Source: the human T2T-CHM13v2.0 reference genome, Homo sapiens. Taken from it: a stretch of 64,000 bases of DNA. Numbering within the stretch: the first letter of the stretch is position 1; every line of letters begins with the position of its first letter. The stretch is from the NCBI RefSeq assembly GCF_009914755.1, contig NC_060928.1. One strand, written 5' to 3'. Position numbers and translations under genes: made by a program. The notes below the pieces were generated by a model, which was not told the origin of the DNA, did not search any database, and saw nothing but the letters and a program-made list of their open reading frames with translations. Shown here in pieces: positions 14,022-28,449 of the stretch.

Positions 14022-15264
14022 AAAGATAAATAAAATAAAGGCACTGAAATTCTCTAGAGAGAAAAAGGGGGAAAATGGTTTCAGTAGGCTTAAAATCATA
14101 CAAGCCTTACGTTTTTGCTATAAGAAGCAGTTGGGACATTAATAAAGTGGAACTGTGAACCTTGTAAACCACTCCTGTGGCTTGCCTGGCTAGACTAAAC
14201 ACACTTACGACCATTTAAATCCACATTTGTTTGGAAATATAGGATGTTTAATATAATGTGAAATACAGTAAGACACAATCCTGCTACTTTATGTGAAATG
14301 ACACTTTCTTGTGGATTTAATGTTTTGACATGAAGAGATGGATTCTCTGTTCATGCTCCACACCTGTGTCAATAGATACTTAGAGAGTGGAGATCTCACA
14401 GGTCATAGTCTGCCTGTTTTATGTAACAGGTTGTTCTCAGCCAACTAGTTCAGGATCTTAATTTCTTCTCTCTTGATTACTGCAACAAATTGTAAGCTTG
14501 TCATTTGGTCTTCACCTCAATTGCCACTTAATTACTCAAACAACTGCTCAAATAATTCTCTTAAATAAAGGTCTGATTAAATTAATTATCTATCAAAAAC
14601 CTTTAGACTTGATGATATCCTCAGTCTCTTCTCAATTCCTTCATCAGGAAAAAGAGTTCTTCCCAATTTGATTTTTAGTTAATTGCCACGTTTACCACTG
14701 ACAAGCAACTGTTTCCTCCCGCTAATATACTATCATTTTATATTACATTCACTGGAATATGCCATTTATACCATTCCACCTCAGTCACGACACAAATTAC
14801 TCCATTTATCTGGATCTACATTGTGTGTATGCACACACACACACACATACGCTTGTGCACGTATTTTCTATATACATACGCATGCTTGCATACTTACAAA
14901 ACAACATCTTTGGGCTGTTTATACTTTTACTTAGAATCCCACATTAAAAGATGCCTTCCAAAGCAAGTCAATTTCACCTCACTGTAGAGACTCAGTTTGT
15001 TGTGTGTGCTTCTCCCCTTAGCACCTTGCTCTTCTTACTATCATACCTTTAGTCACACTAAAGTGTAATGGCATAATAACCCCCCTGATGATTTCATTAT
15101 GTGTTATATACCTTGTGAGAAAGAACCATGTGTTCTTAGTAGTGCCTTGCCCATTGTAGTGACCAGTAAAATGTTTTGAATGCATAATAAACTTAATCAT
15201 TGAATGTCATGTTTACAATGTTAACTAAAGTCAATACAATAATTTTCCAACATGGTTGTTCATC

Positions 15265-16004
<740 letters not shown>

Positions 16005-18139
16005 AATAGTATTTTATTGCTCTCAGGAAAGAATCAAAATTATTAGAAAAATCAAATGCAGAAGGGATAAAATTGTACTTTAATTTCCCAAATCTAATTC
16101 AGTATGGATTTTGTCAATATGTTATATATTTAAAAAGAAATAAATATTTCAAAGTTCAGAAAGTAGCTCAGTAAACAATGTTTCAGAAAAAAATCAATGA
16201 TTAAATATATGAGGAGAGAGATAATTTAATTTATTCATTACATATTCTTTACCAGACATGAGTTGATCAACTCTGATGTTCAATCACAATTCACTAGCAT
16301 TATGATTTAGTTTATTATGACATGAATTAAATAATTTACATGTAATAAATGTACTACATTTTGTTTACATTACAGCTATTCAACAATTCCCTCTTTACTG
16401 CTAAGATCTTATTTTATTCACTTTGATGTTGATGAAAATCTATACTGTAGAGACAGTTTCCCTTAAAAAAAAAACTTCTGAAAGAGTAAACTTATTATTC
16501 ATAGATTCTGGAATTGAAACGAATTCAAATAGATTCAGCATCCAGATCAATTGCAGCAGGTTTATTTTTAGGTGATAATATTTTATTTAAAAATTTCTGG
16601 AAGGAATTTAGGAAAACATTATACTTTAGAATAGTAAGAATCCATATGAATCAATAAAAAGAAAGTAAATGTAGTGACTTGGAAAAGATTCACTTTCTTA
16701 ATGTTTTTGAATTTGCTGTTTTCAGGCTTATTATTTAACTTTAATATATTACTCTTTTTTACTTTTTACTGATTTTAGCAAGAATTTAAGAGATTCTACA
16801 GTAACCACTGGTAGAAGTTGCATTTTTTTCTAATTCATAAGAAAATATGTTATTTTTTCTGGAATTTTTATTACATTTTGAAAATACTAAAACAGTTTAG
16901 TCTTTGACTGACAGAATAAATTCTCTGGAAATCAGAAAAGTAGCATAAAGTAGTGTGTACTGCAGGGTCCAAATTTGATCTTCTGGTTTGAATAATGTTT
17001 TTCACCCACATTTGAATAACCCAAGAAATTCATTTAAAAAAATTCTTGACTATTAGGAAACAAAGCATATTTTTGTCACTGTTTTGTTTGTTTTTTACAG
17101 TTTAAAGCATTACTATCAGTAAGTTACAAGTGCTAATAAACATTGAGTGATCAGAATGAAGAATCTGGGAATGAGGAAATCATGTCATACAAAGTCTTGT
17201 GAGGGTTCTTGAAACAATTATTCCTATCTCGAAGTCTAAATAACTCAGAAGTTACAAGACATGAGACATGTAGGAGAATATTCATTTAAAAATATTTATT
17301 ACCAAATAATAGTAGTTAACTGAGAAAAATGCAGGCATCAGATAGATAATATTATATACATAAAATATAATCTTATAAGATGAGTGCTATTGGAAGTAGA
17401 TTTCTTCTAATATTTTAATCACATGGAATCACTATGTATTCTTCTTTTCTTGTGTTTACTTTTTAAATGGCCACAGTTCAAGTACATTAAAATGTGAGAG
17501 AGGAAACCGAAAAGTATCTTATGTTGATTTTATATGGACTTTAAAAATGTGGGCTGTCATAAGCAGCAATGAAATGATAGGTTGCAGGATACTAAAGTTT
17601 TGCACTCTCATTTCTTGCTGTTAAGTTTGCGAAAACCATCGGTAACATTTGTGATGCATGATGATAATGGCCTTCACTACTCTAATTTGGCCCCTGTGAG
17701 TCCCTAGATTTGGGTGAGTTTCTTCTCTCAATTCCGCATCTCCTAAAAGGTTTAAAGTGAATCCCTGAAAAAATGTTTGACTCATTAGAAAAAGGAAATC
17801 ATAAAAAGAGACTAGGTCAATTGCAATACTTGGAGCATCCTCCTCTGGAGCTTTATCTTGCCCCTTTTCTTTGGCTTCACAGTGGTAGTAAGGACTGAGA
17901 CCCAGCTTTAAGTCACTTGCCCGCCGGTATTACCAGACACAGTAGCTGATGCCCTTAGCTTAAAAGACAAAAATAATTAATGCCTAAACATATAGTTACC
18001 TCAAAATAAAGACTACGCTAGACAGCTTATATTAAGTGGGTATAGAAGAGACATTTCAGAGATTTAAAATATACCCAATGAATATTCATATGGAGATAAG
18101 GGAAGATATTGAAACATGAACAAGAACTTAATAGTACTA

Positions 18140-18468
18140 ACACACACACACACATATGTGTATATATATGTATATATGTATATAAGTATATACGTATATA
18201 CTTATATATACATATATGTATATAAGTATATACGGATATACTTATATATATACATATATGTATATATATGTGTATATATAGTATATATGTATATGTGTGT
18301 ATGTATATACGTATATGCATATATGTATATACGTATATGCACATATGTATATGTATATATGTGTATATGTGTATATATGTATATATGTGTATATATGTGT
18401 ATATATGTATATATGTATATATGTGTATATATGTATATATGTGTGTGTATATATATGTATATATATAT
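18140..18468. repeat. Complex (CA)n/(TA)n/(TATATG)n microsatellite
   Basis: About 330 bp of near-alternating purine-pyrimidine sequence. Confidence 0.97.
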
Positions 18469-18729
18469 GGCAAAATCAAATAATACAAGGGATAGGAAAA
18501 ATAATGAGATAGATATAGGTGAAGAACAGTTAATTTAAGGCAAACACCCATCAAGCACCTTGAAAGCATTAACAATATCGTAAATAAAAGCGATGATGTA
18601 AGACATATGGAGAAAAAAATACAAGTGCAAACATCTGGATAATACAAGGTTCTCATCAATACAGAAAACAAAGGGGTAAAAAAGGAAAACATAGAGAGAG
18701 AAAGAAAGGGGAGATGTTTTAATGTTAAT

Positions 18730-20331
18730 GGAGAGTGATGTCAACAAGATGATGGAATACAACTTTCCAGTGCTCTTTGCCTCAGAGAAATATTAATTTG
18801 AACAGCTATTCATGCAGGAAAATACATTCACAAGAGCTAAAAAATCCAGGTAAGATATTAGAGTACCTAGCTATATCACAGAAATAAGAAAAAGATAGGT
18901 CAAAGAGGGGAGGAAATACACTCTTGCATTGCTTTATCAATGCCCTTTAAGCCTACAAAGAGAAAACAAAGCTGGAGGCATCACATTTCCTGACTTCAAA
19001 TTATATTACAAAGTGATAGTAAATAAAACAGTGTTGTATTTTCATAAAAATGGACACATAGACCAATGGGAAAAATTAGAGAAAAAAGAAATAAACCCAA
19101 TCATATATGTTCAACATATCTTCAATAAGAATACATAATGGGGAAAAATAGTCTCTTCAATAATTGTTGGGAAATCTGAACAACCACATGAAAGGAATGA
19201 AATTGGATCGTTACCTTAAACCACACAGAAAAAAAAACCTCAAATGCATTGAAGGCTTAAAGGTAAGAACTATAACCATAACATTTTTCAGAGAAAAAAT
19301 CTTCTACATTGGTCTTGGTAATAAGTTTTAGAACATATTGCCACAAGCACAGGCAACAAAAGCAAAAATAATCAAGTGGGACTACATCAAGGCAAACATT
19401 TTCTGCACAGCCTAGGAAACAATTAACAAAATGAAAAGGCAGCATATGAAATGGAAGAAAGTATTTGCAAGCTACATGTATAATAAAAGGTTTATATCCA
19501 AAATATATAAGGAAGTGCTGCAATTCTATAATAAACTAATACATAGCCCAATTTAAAAATAAGCAGAAGATATGAATAGACATTTTTCCAAAGAATACCC
19601 ACAGTGATTAACAAGTATATGAAAAAATACTCAAAATCCATAATCAACAAGGAAATGCAAATCAAAACCATTGAGATATAACCTAACAGCTATTAGGATG
19701 CCTATTATTAAAAAGTCAAAAGATTACAAAAATATTGCCCAGGACATGAAGAAAAGGGAACTCACATACAGCGTTGGTGAGAATCTAAATGGATACAAAC
19801 ATTATTAAAAGAAGTATGGAAGTTCCTAATGAAATAAAAATAGATCTACCCTGTTATCCAGCAATCCCATAACATTCACTTCTTTAAAAAGGAGATCCTG
19901 CTATTTGTGACAACACAGATGAACCTGGAGAACATTATACTCAGTGAATAGGCCAGATACCGAAAGACAAATACTACGTGTTCTCACTTATACATGAAAT
20001 CTGAAAGAGTCAGGCTCATACAAATAAAGTGTGCAATAGTGATTAGCAGATGGAATAAATGGGAAAATATTGTTCAGTGGGTACAGACTTTCAGTTATAA
20101 AATCAAACAGTTCTGGAGATCTAACATACACAATGCTGACTTAGTTAATGTATACTCAAAACTTGCTAAGAGAGTAAATCTCAAATGTTCTTATGATAAA
20201 ACAAAGGATAACTATGTGAGGTGTTTGTATATTAATTAGCTTAATGGTAATATTAATTTCGCAACATCGTGCTGGACACTTCACATCTATGGAAGTTTTG
20301 TTACTCCTTCCTCAATAAATGTGGAAAAAAA
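18730..20331 (+). mobile_element. L1MA-type (L1MA9/10-like) element: 5' end joined to the ORF2 C-terminal region and 3' UTR (internally deleted)
   Basis: 18730-18950 resembles an L1M 5' end (gtgatgtcaacaagatgatggaata...cacaagagctaaaaaatccagg). From ~18960 it reads [17 protein letters not shown]. The 3' UTR ends cctcAATAAAtgtggaaaaaaa. Confidence 0.82.
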
Positions 20332-20339
20332 TGACATAG

Positions 20340-21750
20340 TAATGGATGAATGAATTACTGGACCAGTGGAACACAACAAATATCTTAGGGACAGATGTAA
20401 GTACATAAAGATACTTGTTGTATGATAAAGAGTCCCAGAAATCAATGAGAAGAAGACATAATGTTTATAGATGGTGACGGAAGGAGGGACTTATTATGTA
20501 GGTGAAATAAACCTAGTTTGATCCTTATCTACCATCACACATTGAAGGGAGCTAATATAACATGGATTGAAGATATAATTCAAATACTTGATATGTGAAA
20601 GCCTAACTGTATAACAATAAAATTAACAGTAACAATGTAAAAATTATGTTTGTGACAGGCAATTAGGGATGATAAGGATTTCTTTGAACATCAAAGGAAA
20701 AAATGTTGATTAATTTGATTATATTAAAATTAAATATTTATTTTCAATTAATAATATTTTAAAAAGCTAATAGATAATTGATACTTCAGTGGACAATACA
20801 TGAAATATCTAAAATTGGCAAGTAATTATTAAATTAAAACTATGATAATTCCTCTGTAGGTACATATTAAACATGTAAAAACTCATTGGGAATTTCCTGT
20901 AGGAAATTAAAAAAATGTGAAGACAATGAGATGTAATAAAAACAATAATATCTCAAATTTACATGAGTAATTAGCTGCCAGGAGCTATTCAATTGTGCCT
21001 GACTTTCATCCTCTTCAACTTATTCATCCAGTGAAATTTTTTATATGTATCTATTAATGTCTTGCAGAATACTTTGTGCTAGAGTCATTCTCAATAAAGT
21101 CAAGAACAAGAAAATGATGCCTGTTCGCATCACTATTATTTAAATTTTTCACTGAAGCTAGTAAATGCAGGAAGTAAAAAACAGAAATAATAATTGCTTC
21201 CTTGAACACCTCAAAAAATCCAATTAAAGCTAGAAAGTTATAGAAGTGAGGAAGTTGGCCAGGTATACAGATTTTAAATAGCTTTCTTTCTTATAAAGGC
21301 AAGAAGAAGTTAAAAATATAATGGTGGAAATACATTAGTTACAGTATGAAAACTATAACAAAATTATATAATATAAACCAAAGGATTCAGAGAAAATTAT
21401 GGAGATCTATATAAAAATAAACAGAGATAATACAAATTTGCTGAAGTATATTATTATTTTTTGAGTAAAATGTGATGATATGCTATAAGGCAAAAATCAG
21501 TTTTTTATAGTTTTACATCTAGTGTAAAAAGAAAAAAATTAAATAATTTATTTGGAAATTGATATCATGTGTCTGAAAAATATGAAAACAGAAATTGGTG
21601 ACCATTACTAAGCAAATGTGGCAGAATAATGAATTATTTGTGATAACATAACACAAGTTATAAAAGGAAAAATAGAATACTATCTTAGTGTAGAAAGACT
21701 GATGAAATATGTTCATAAATAAAATAAATTAATAAATGATCGATAGAGTC
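20340..21750 (+). mobile_element. Highly decayed older L1 (L1M4/5/ME-type) ORF2 fragments
   Basis: ggaccagtggaacac...tatgataaag; aagtcaagaacaagaaaatgatgcctgttcgcatcactattatttaa (RT-region remnant). Confidence 0.55.
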
Positions 21751-21779
21751 TCATTAAATCTAACTTGAAAAGTACTAAT

Positions 21780-22170
21780 AGTTTTTTGCCTGGGTCTACT
21801 CGGCTCATACTGTGTGGGGTGCCTGCCTGACCAAGCTCGCTCAACTCTTCTGGCACGTATGATAATAGCAAAGTGAGAGGGAGTTAATTACCTCTGGGAT
21901 GACCTTTGTCCAATAAGGGTGGGATGCAGGAGTAAGTAGATAAAATGGCTTTTTCTTTTTCGAGATAGGATTCCGAGATGTATTCTATACAGTAGGATTA
22001 ATGCTCTGGTGCCCACTGTGATAATCAACTTAATCACGTGCCCTTAGGTTGGCTGCTGCTTCTTAACCACGTGACTCTTTTTTATTCCTTGTTCTTCCAT
22101 GTGACCATTTCCCAGAATAACTCTTTAGGTCTTATATATGCAAGTGCTGATTTTAAGAAACTGAAGCTAC
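21780..22170 (+). mobile_element. ERVL LTR (LTR16-like)
   Basis: gggagttaattacctctgggatgacctttgtccaataaggg...gagtaagtagataaa...gaccatttcccagaataa. Confidence 0.6.
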
Positions 22171-22209
22171 AGGAAGAGATGAGAGTTTCTAAAAAAAAAC
22201 ACACTTGCT

Positions 22210-22435
22210 TGAGATACCCCTTTACTCTTCTACCTAAAACATGGATGTGATGCTTTCAGAGCAAGCAGCTGTCTTTAAAATATGGGATGTTTTAAACAAA
22301 GAGTTTTATTCTAAGACTGGGGAAATACAAAGATGAGAAGAACCTGGCTTTATGGTGATTTCTTAAGCGCTGCTTTTTTAAGCCCCTGATGTAGGTTTTG
22401 CTATTATTTATCGCTAGAAATGTTTCCAACTAATA
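22210..22435 (+). mobile_element. Old MaLR (MLT1H-K-like) LTR 3' part
   Basis: catggatgtgatgct...gcagctgtctt...agaagaacctggcttt...tttaagcc...ccaactaata. Confidence 0.45.
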
Positions 22436-24244
22436 GGATACTACTCTGTAGCCTCAGTTAATCCTAATTTGGAAATGAGAGTAGGACCTACACATCAAAT
22501 AATGACCAAGAGACTTTTATCAGCCTGACTGCTTCTTCTGATTGGTGGGATATAGGACTTTTTAATTTTTTTTGCTATAATTTTCTAGATTTAAAAAATT
22601 TAATGTATCTGAAATTTTAAATTGAAAAGTATAAAAGTCAACAGAAATTTGAACTAAAATTTAACCCTCAAAGGAATAAATTAAGGAACCAATTTGTGTG
22701 TAACAAAGAACCTAAAAGCAGAAAGTGTAATTGGAGATGCAGTTTTGCCACCCTCTCCTCACCTCCCACCGCTCTCTACAGGCCCCAACTGTCCTGTTCT
22801 AACAATAATTTGAGCACCCGTATCTTGTGAAAGGCTTCCTAGTCAGCAGAGCTGTAAAAAGCAGAATCAAGAGAGGTTTTCTGGACCAGAGAAACACCTT
22901 AATTAACCTATCAGATTCTGACCTTTTTTTTAAAAAAAAAGAAATTATAATGTGAATTTAATCCCTAAATAAATTACCTTATACTTCATTTACTTGCCTA
23001 AATCAATACAAATCAGATCCTTTTTTGTCAACATGAAGAATCAAGAACTCTTCCTATCACTTATTCTCATGAACTAAGCGTTTTATTCTCTAGAAAATTT
23101 TAGAATAATTTGTACCTTTCCATTTTCCCTAACCACAAAAACTAAAAGGAATAAAACGTAAAACAGAATGTGTTTAACATTATTTTATTTTGAGAAAAGA
23201 GATTTTTGGAAATCCACTCCAATATACAGAAATTTTCTACTAATCCTCTAAAACTTCAGTTTTGAGAAGTATACAGTTTGAATTCTAAAACACAACATCT
23301 ATTACTACAACCAGTCACCTGCTTAATTGTCATATGATGAAGATTGTTAATGTTTCACTGATTAAGTAAAAAAATTGCCCCCAAATCTATTTTATCCATA
23401 GCATTATTTAATATACTGTCACTTTAGAAGCATATTTGTACATAATAATTTCTCTGTTTGCCAAAACTCTTTCAGTCATCAGTGACAAAAATAACACAAT
23501 GAAACTTGACTAACAAAGCTTGGAAATTTGTCTATTCCCTAGAAATGACTTCAAGCACAAAAGAATCTAATGGCTTAAATGGTCATTTCAGAGCCCTGTA
23601 TCAATCTGTAATTCCCTCTGAAAATTGGTTTTATTTTGCAACTATCATTCTTCCTTGCTACCATGCTATATAGCCACCTAGTAGTTCAAGGGCCTTTTAT
23701 TGTGTGTTACAGAGCAAGTTACTGTGCCTTTTTCACAGGCTCTACCTAACATGTTTCAGGGAATAATCTTATTGGCCCATCTTGTGGATGCAGAATTCTA
23801 ATAGGCTCCCTCTGAGTTCTAAGCCCACCTTTTTGTTGAGAGATGAGGCATTGTTATTGATGATTCCATCTATATTGAGTTATGAAGAGACTACTTAAAC
23901 AAACAAAACCAGATCACCACCTGTAACAACACCAAACAAACAAAACCAAGAACTAGGAAAATGAGGAAAAAATATCTGACTGAATGAAAATTATGTTGGT
24001 TAACTCTTATAATGATTGTCATATATAGCAATACAATAACTAGTAGTAACTAGATTTCAATTATAAGGTATTTGTGATATTGCTATGATGAAGTCAACTA
24101 AGTTTGCCATTGTATGTCAAAAAAAATAAAATAACAAAAAATTTGCTAAGAAAACTAAGTGATAAAACCCCCCTCCCCCAATACAAGGCAATACTTTTAG
24201 GCAGAGTGGACAAACAGAAAGAATGATGTCATGACAGTTATTTA

Positions 24245-24930
24245 TACCTAGGTTGAAATATTGACTTAGTCACTTACTATCTTGATGGATTTGAACAAGT
24301 TCTAATTCTCCAGAAGTTGTTTTGTAACTTGTAATTGGAAACATATAATAGCCTTTTAAAGCAGCAATCCTCAACCTTTTTGGCATCAGGGGCTGGTTTC
24401 ATGGAAGACAGTTTTCCACAGATGGGCAGAGGGGATGTTTAAGGGATGATTCAAGTGTGTTACATTTATTGTGCACTTTATAACTATTATTATTACATTG
24501 CAATACATAATGAAGTAATTATACAATGCACCATTATGTAGAATCAGTAGGAGCCCTGATCTTGTTTTCCAGCAACTATAGAGTCCCATCTGGGGATGAT
24601 GGGAGACAGTGACATATTATCAGAAATTAGATTATCATAAGGAGCATACAATCTAGATCCTTCACATGTGCAGTTCACAGTAAGGTTTGAGCTACCATGA
24701 AAATCTAACGCTGCTGCTGATCTGACAGGAGATGGAGCTCAGGTGGTAATGCAAGCAATGGGGAGTGGCTGTAAATATAGATAAAGCTTTGCTCACTCAC
24801 CTGACATTCACCTCCTGCTGTGCAGACTGGTTCCTAACTGGCTGTAGACTGGTTCCAGTCTATGGCCTGGGGGTTACGGACCCCTGTTTTAAAGTGCTGT
24901 GCATTGGAAATGTTTATGTAACCTTTGCAG
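24245..24930 (+). mobile_element. MIR split by MER1A
   Basis: ggttgaaat...cacttactatcttg...ttgaacaagtt...cttgtaattggaaacatataatag on the left, resuming tgctgtgcatt...tttatgtaa on the right. Confidence 0.5.
24362..24886 (+). mobile_element. MER1A (hAT-Charlie MITE), full length
   Basis: cagcaatcctcaacctttttggca...gggggttacggacccctg, with a perfect 8-bp TSD ttttaaag at 24354-24361 and 24887-24894. Confidence 0.95.
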
Positions 24931-24979
24931 GCCATTAGAAGATACTTCATGAACAAGCCATGAAATATGATGTTCTCTA

Positions 24980-25204
24980 CAAGGTGTCCAATCTTTTGGT
25001 TTCCCTTGGCCACATTGGAACAAGAGGAATTATCTTGGGCCACACATAAAATGCACTAACACTAACAAAAGCTGATGAGCTAAAAAAAAATTCACATAAA
25101 AAAATCTCATAATGTTTTAAGAAAGTTCACAGATTTCTGTTGGGCCACATTCAAAGCTGTCCTGGGTCACATGCAGCTCATGGACTGCAGGTTGAACAAC
25201 CTTG
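24980..25204 (+). mobile_element. MER30 (hAT-Charlie MITE)
   Basis: caaggtgtccaatcttttggtttccc...gggccacacataaaat...gctgatgagctaaaaaa...ggttgaacaaccttg. Confidence 0.92.
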
Positions 25205-28200
25205 ATTTACATTCTTATAATATGTAATGTTATTTTATTAAATTATTTTAATTGTCTGGCAAAGTTATATCACAAGGTATTAACCAGTGAATTTTGTGTA
25301 TTTTATTTCCGTCTAACTTTCTTTCTAGTACCTGAAGCAATACAGAAGGAGTACTTAATGTTCAAATAAAGTCATTGACCAAAGTATGGAACAGAAAATA
25401 TAAATGCATATTTTTAAAGCAAACATTTCATCTCCTAAAGACAAGATAAGACATGGAATGAGAAGGAGAAATAAATTAATCCCACCATCCAACAGTGAAA
25501 GAAAAAACACAGAACATGAGGAGGACCAGAAAGCAATGTGAAAAAGAGTTGAAAGGAGTCACTGCTGAGCTATTTTAGATTCTACACCCTCTATCCAGCC
25601 ATGAACCTATCAGCGATCATGCCTAACTATTGCATACCCCATTAGACAACCTAATGTGAATGTAGGAAGCCTATTCATCTAAAGGACATGGAACCGAGTA
25701 GATGTAACTGATACTTCACTATTGACCTATAGCCTATTAAGATCTACCATGAGTCATATACATTTGACACCGTGGTTTTCATTTCATAATACATATCTTC
25801 ACTAATTTTGTCTATCATTTTGTCAAAGGGCTAAAACTATAGTAATGAGTACATTCTTAATGAGTTTTTCTTTAACTACCACAATTTGTATCTAAATTTT
25901 GTCTCATCTTATGTTCTAAAATTGTCACAGCAAAGTGATCAAGGAAGCTAGAGATTTTACATATGTTCTTCTCAATAAGATGGCTGTATCTCTTCTATAT
26001 CAAGTAAATAAATCCTTGATACATGAATGAAGTAATGGTTCAGTAAACAAATTAAATATGATACGACTTTATTTGTTGGTTCTTTACATATTTATGTTTT
26101 ACTTCACTGGTCTACAAATTACCTATACTGAAACTTCATACTCGTTTATTATTTGGAAGTATTTAGCAAAAGAATTATCCTACCTGAATGTGTCACAGAA
26201 ATCCACAAAACACTCCTGGGATGTAAATTCTAATTCAATAATCCACAATACCTTGAATGTGGCAAGTCTTAAATATGTCCTTCGGCATATTAACAAATAT
26301 TATATATAATAGGCTAATATTAAATTCACATAGTTTTTATGCCACAAGTGCTATAAGAATTTGAAAAAAAAAACCCAAGTTTTTGAACATATAAAGTTTA
26401 TGTTTTCTGGCAACACAAGTACTAGGTTAAAAATGTTAATCCAAAAAGAAAAGATTTTTCATTAAAAAACACACGTAGTGTGAATACATTTAGCCAACCG
26501 GTAAAATACCTTCACTACACTATAAATCATAGGGGTCATTTTAAGTACTAAGTATGTGAAATATGTGAAAAGACCGTAACTAAGTGCTGACCGTGACTTC
26601 AGGAGAGCAGTTTGTGGTAATTAACGAAATATGATGGGTTTAAAAAGAGATACATTACTTGAACTGAAAAGCTAAAATAATTAAGTGATGGCCATTGAAA
26701 TTTGGGATTAGCCCTGCTACAGTTGTTCTTGCCCTTGCTGCCTTTCCTCATAAGACCATTATGAATTTTTGCGAATGTCTTTATGTTTAATCTTGTTCAA
26801 TGAATTGGCTGCCTCTCACTAGGCAAAGTCAAAAAGAGAAATGCAACTGCATATAGAACTCTCTACACAAGCAATGCACTCATAAATAACTCAAAAGTCC
26901 TCTACTTCACATGATTACCCTTTAAGCTGATAATTTAAATGGGAAACTGAGAAAGGTCATTTTATCTGCACTTTTAACAATACAATTCAGGAAACTTTGC
27001 TGTCTTAATATTTTTAAAATGTTTTTGTATTACAGTTTTTAATTTTTAAAAGAATCAATCGGTGAATTTCACATCTTAAAAGCAATGACCTCATTTTTTC
27101 CCAATTTTTTATGAATATATTTAATAAAACCATAATAACCATATTTTAATTTGAGTACTAAACACAATTAATGATTTGCTAATGCCTGTAGTGTGTGTCT
27201 GGACTAAATTTTATAAATATCTGAATTTAGTGGTTTTACATTTCATAAATTATTTTTAAATTTACAGTTAATAAAAGTTTTAGATAACTACTTCTAAATA
27301 TTGATGCTATTTCATCTCTTGGGTAAGCAAATTGATGACAAGGATGATTCATATGTAAGAAGTGACTGTCTGACTGCTAGGTAAAAAATGTATGATTTGA
27401 AAAATTATTTAAGAAGAAGGAAAATAAGGAGGAAAGAAAGAAGAGAGGGAGGCAACAAAGACCAAAAGCCAGCAAGACAGTAACATAAAATACAAATAGA
27501 TAAATGAAATTAATATTCCTAAGGGGTTGTGGTGGGGGAGAACTGGAAGGGGCTGGCAGAGTTAGGAAAATTGCCCGCAACTGATCACTTAAAACTTCTA
27601 AAGTAGTCTTCATTAATGAACATACTTAATTCTAAGATGAGAACCACATAAGGCTGCTATCCCTATGCTTTCTCTAACCGTATTTACAAATTAGATGTTT
27701 AGACAGTGTGGGTGTTATAAGATCCTACTATATCTTTAAGCTTAGATACTATATGTGACACATTTTCACACTGAACAGAAAAAATGACACTTTATTCATA
27801 AACATAAATGTTTCTATTTACCAGTTAATACCTAAATAAGTAAAATAACAGAAAAGGATCCATTATTATAGAGGCAGTATTAATTTGCCCTCTACTCATT
27901 TGCTGTTTTCTAAAAATGTCGCTTCTATCTTTTCTCTCAAGAATCTCCTATGGTAATCAATTTTCTAAATTCCTTGCACTATTTGTCATTTTTCTTTTTA
28001 ATGGAAATCTCTAGAGCATGTTTATTTTCTTTTCTATCTTTGCTCTTAGGATTCAGCATACTCTTATATTTTCCATTTTTATCATTCAAATATATCTTTT
28101 TTTAGAAAAATTGATGTTAGCCTACTTTAATAAGTGCTTATTAGGAACAGCGTTAGGAATGTCTGTGGACATACTGGAGGTAAAAACTGTGATGTTTAAC

Positions 28201-28449
28201 TTTAAGAAGCTTCCATCTAGTTTGAAGTACGGCATCATTACAATGTAATACTGAGACTAATGAAAATGTGTTGAGTTTAGTATTGGTTATGTAAACCTTT
28301 AGCTACAAGAGAGAACTCAGTTTTTCAGTTGAATCTCCAATTTTGTATACATTTTGTTTGTTTCTTTATATCAAGTAGCAAGGAGGCCTGAATTACAAGG
28401 TATATATATGGGATTTTTTTAAGGATGTTGTTTATGGAGAGTCAATCAA

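Noticed and set aside
18027-18692. 221-aa and 140-aa ORFs rich in Y/I/H/T/V/C
   Set aside because: They are translations of a stop-free microsatellite.
24972-25212. 8-bp TSD around MER30
   Set aside because: The flanks gttctcta and atttacat do not match well enough to claim a TSD.
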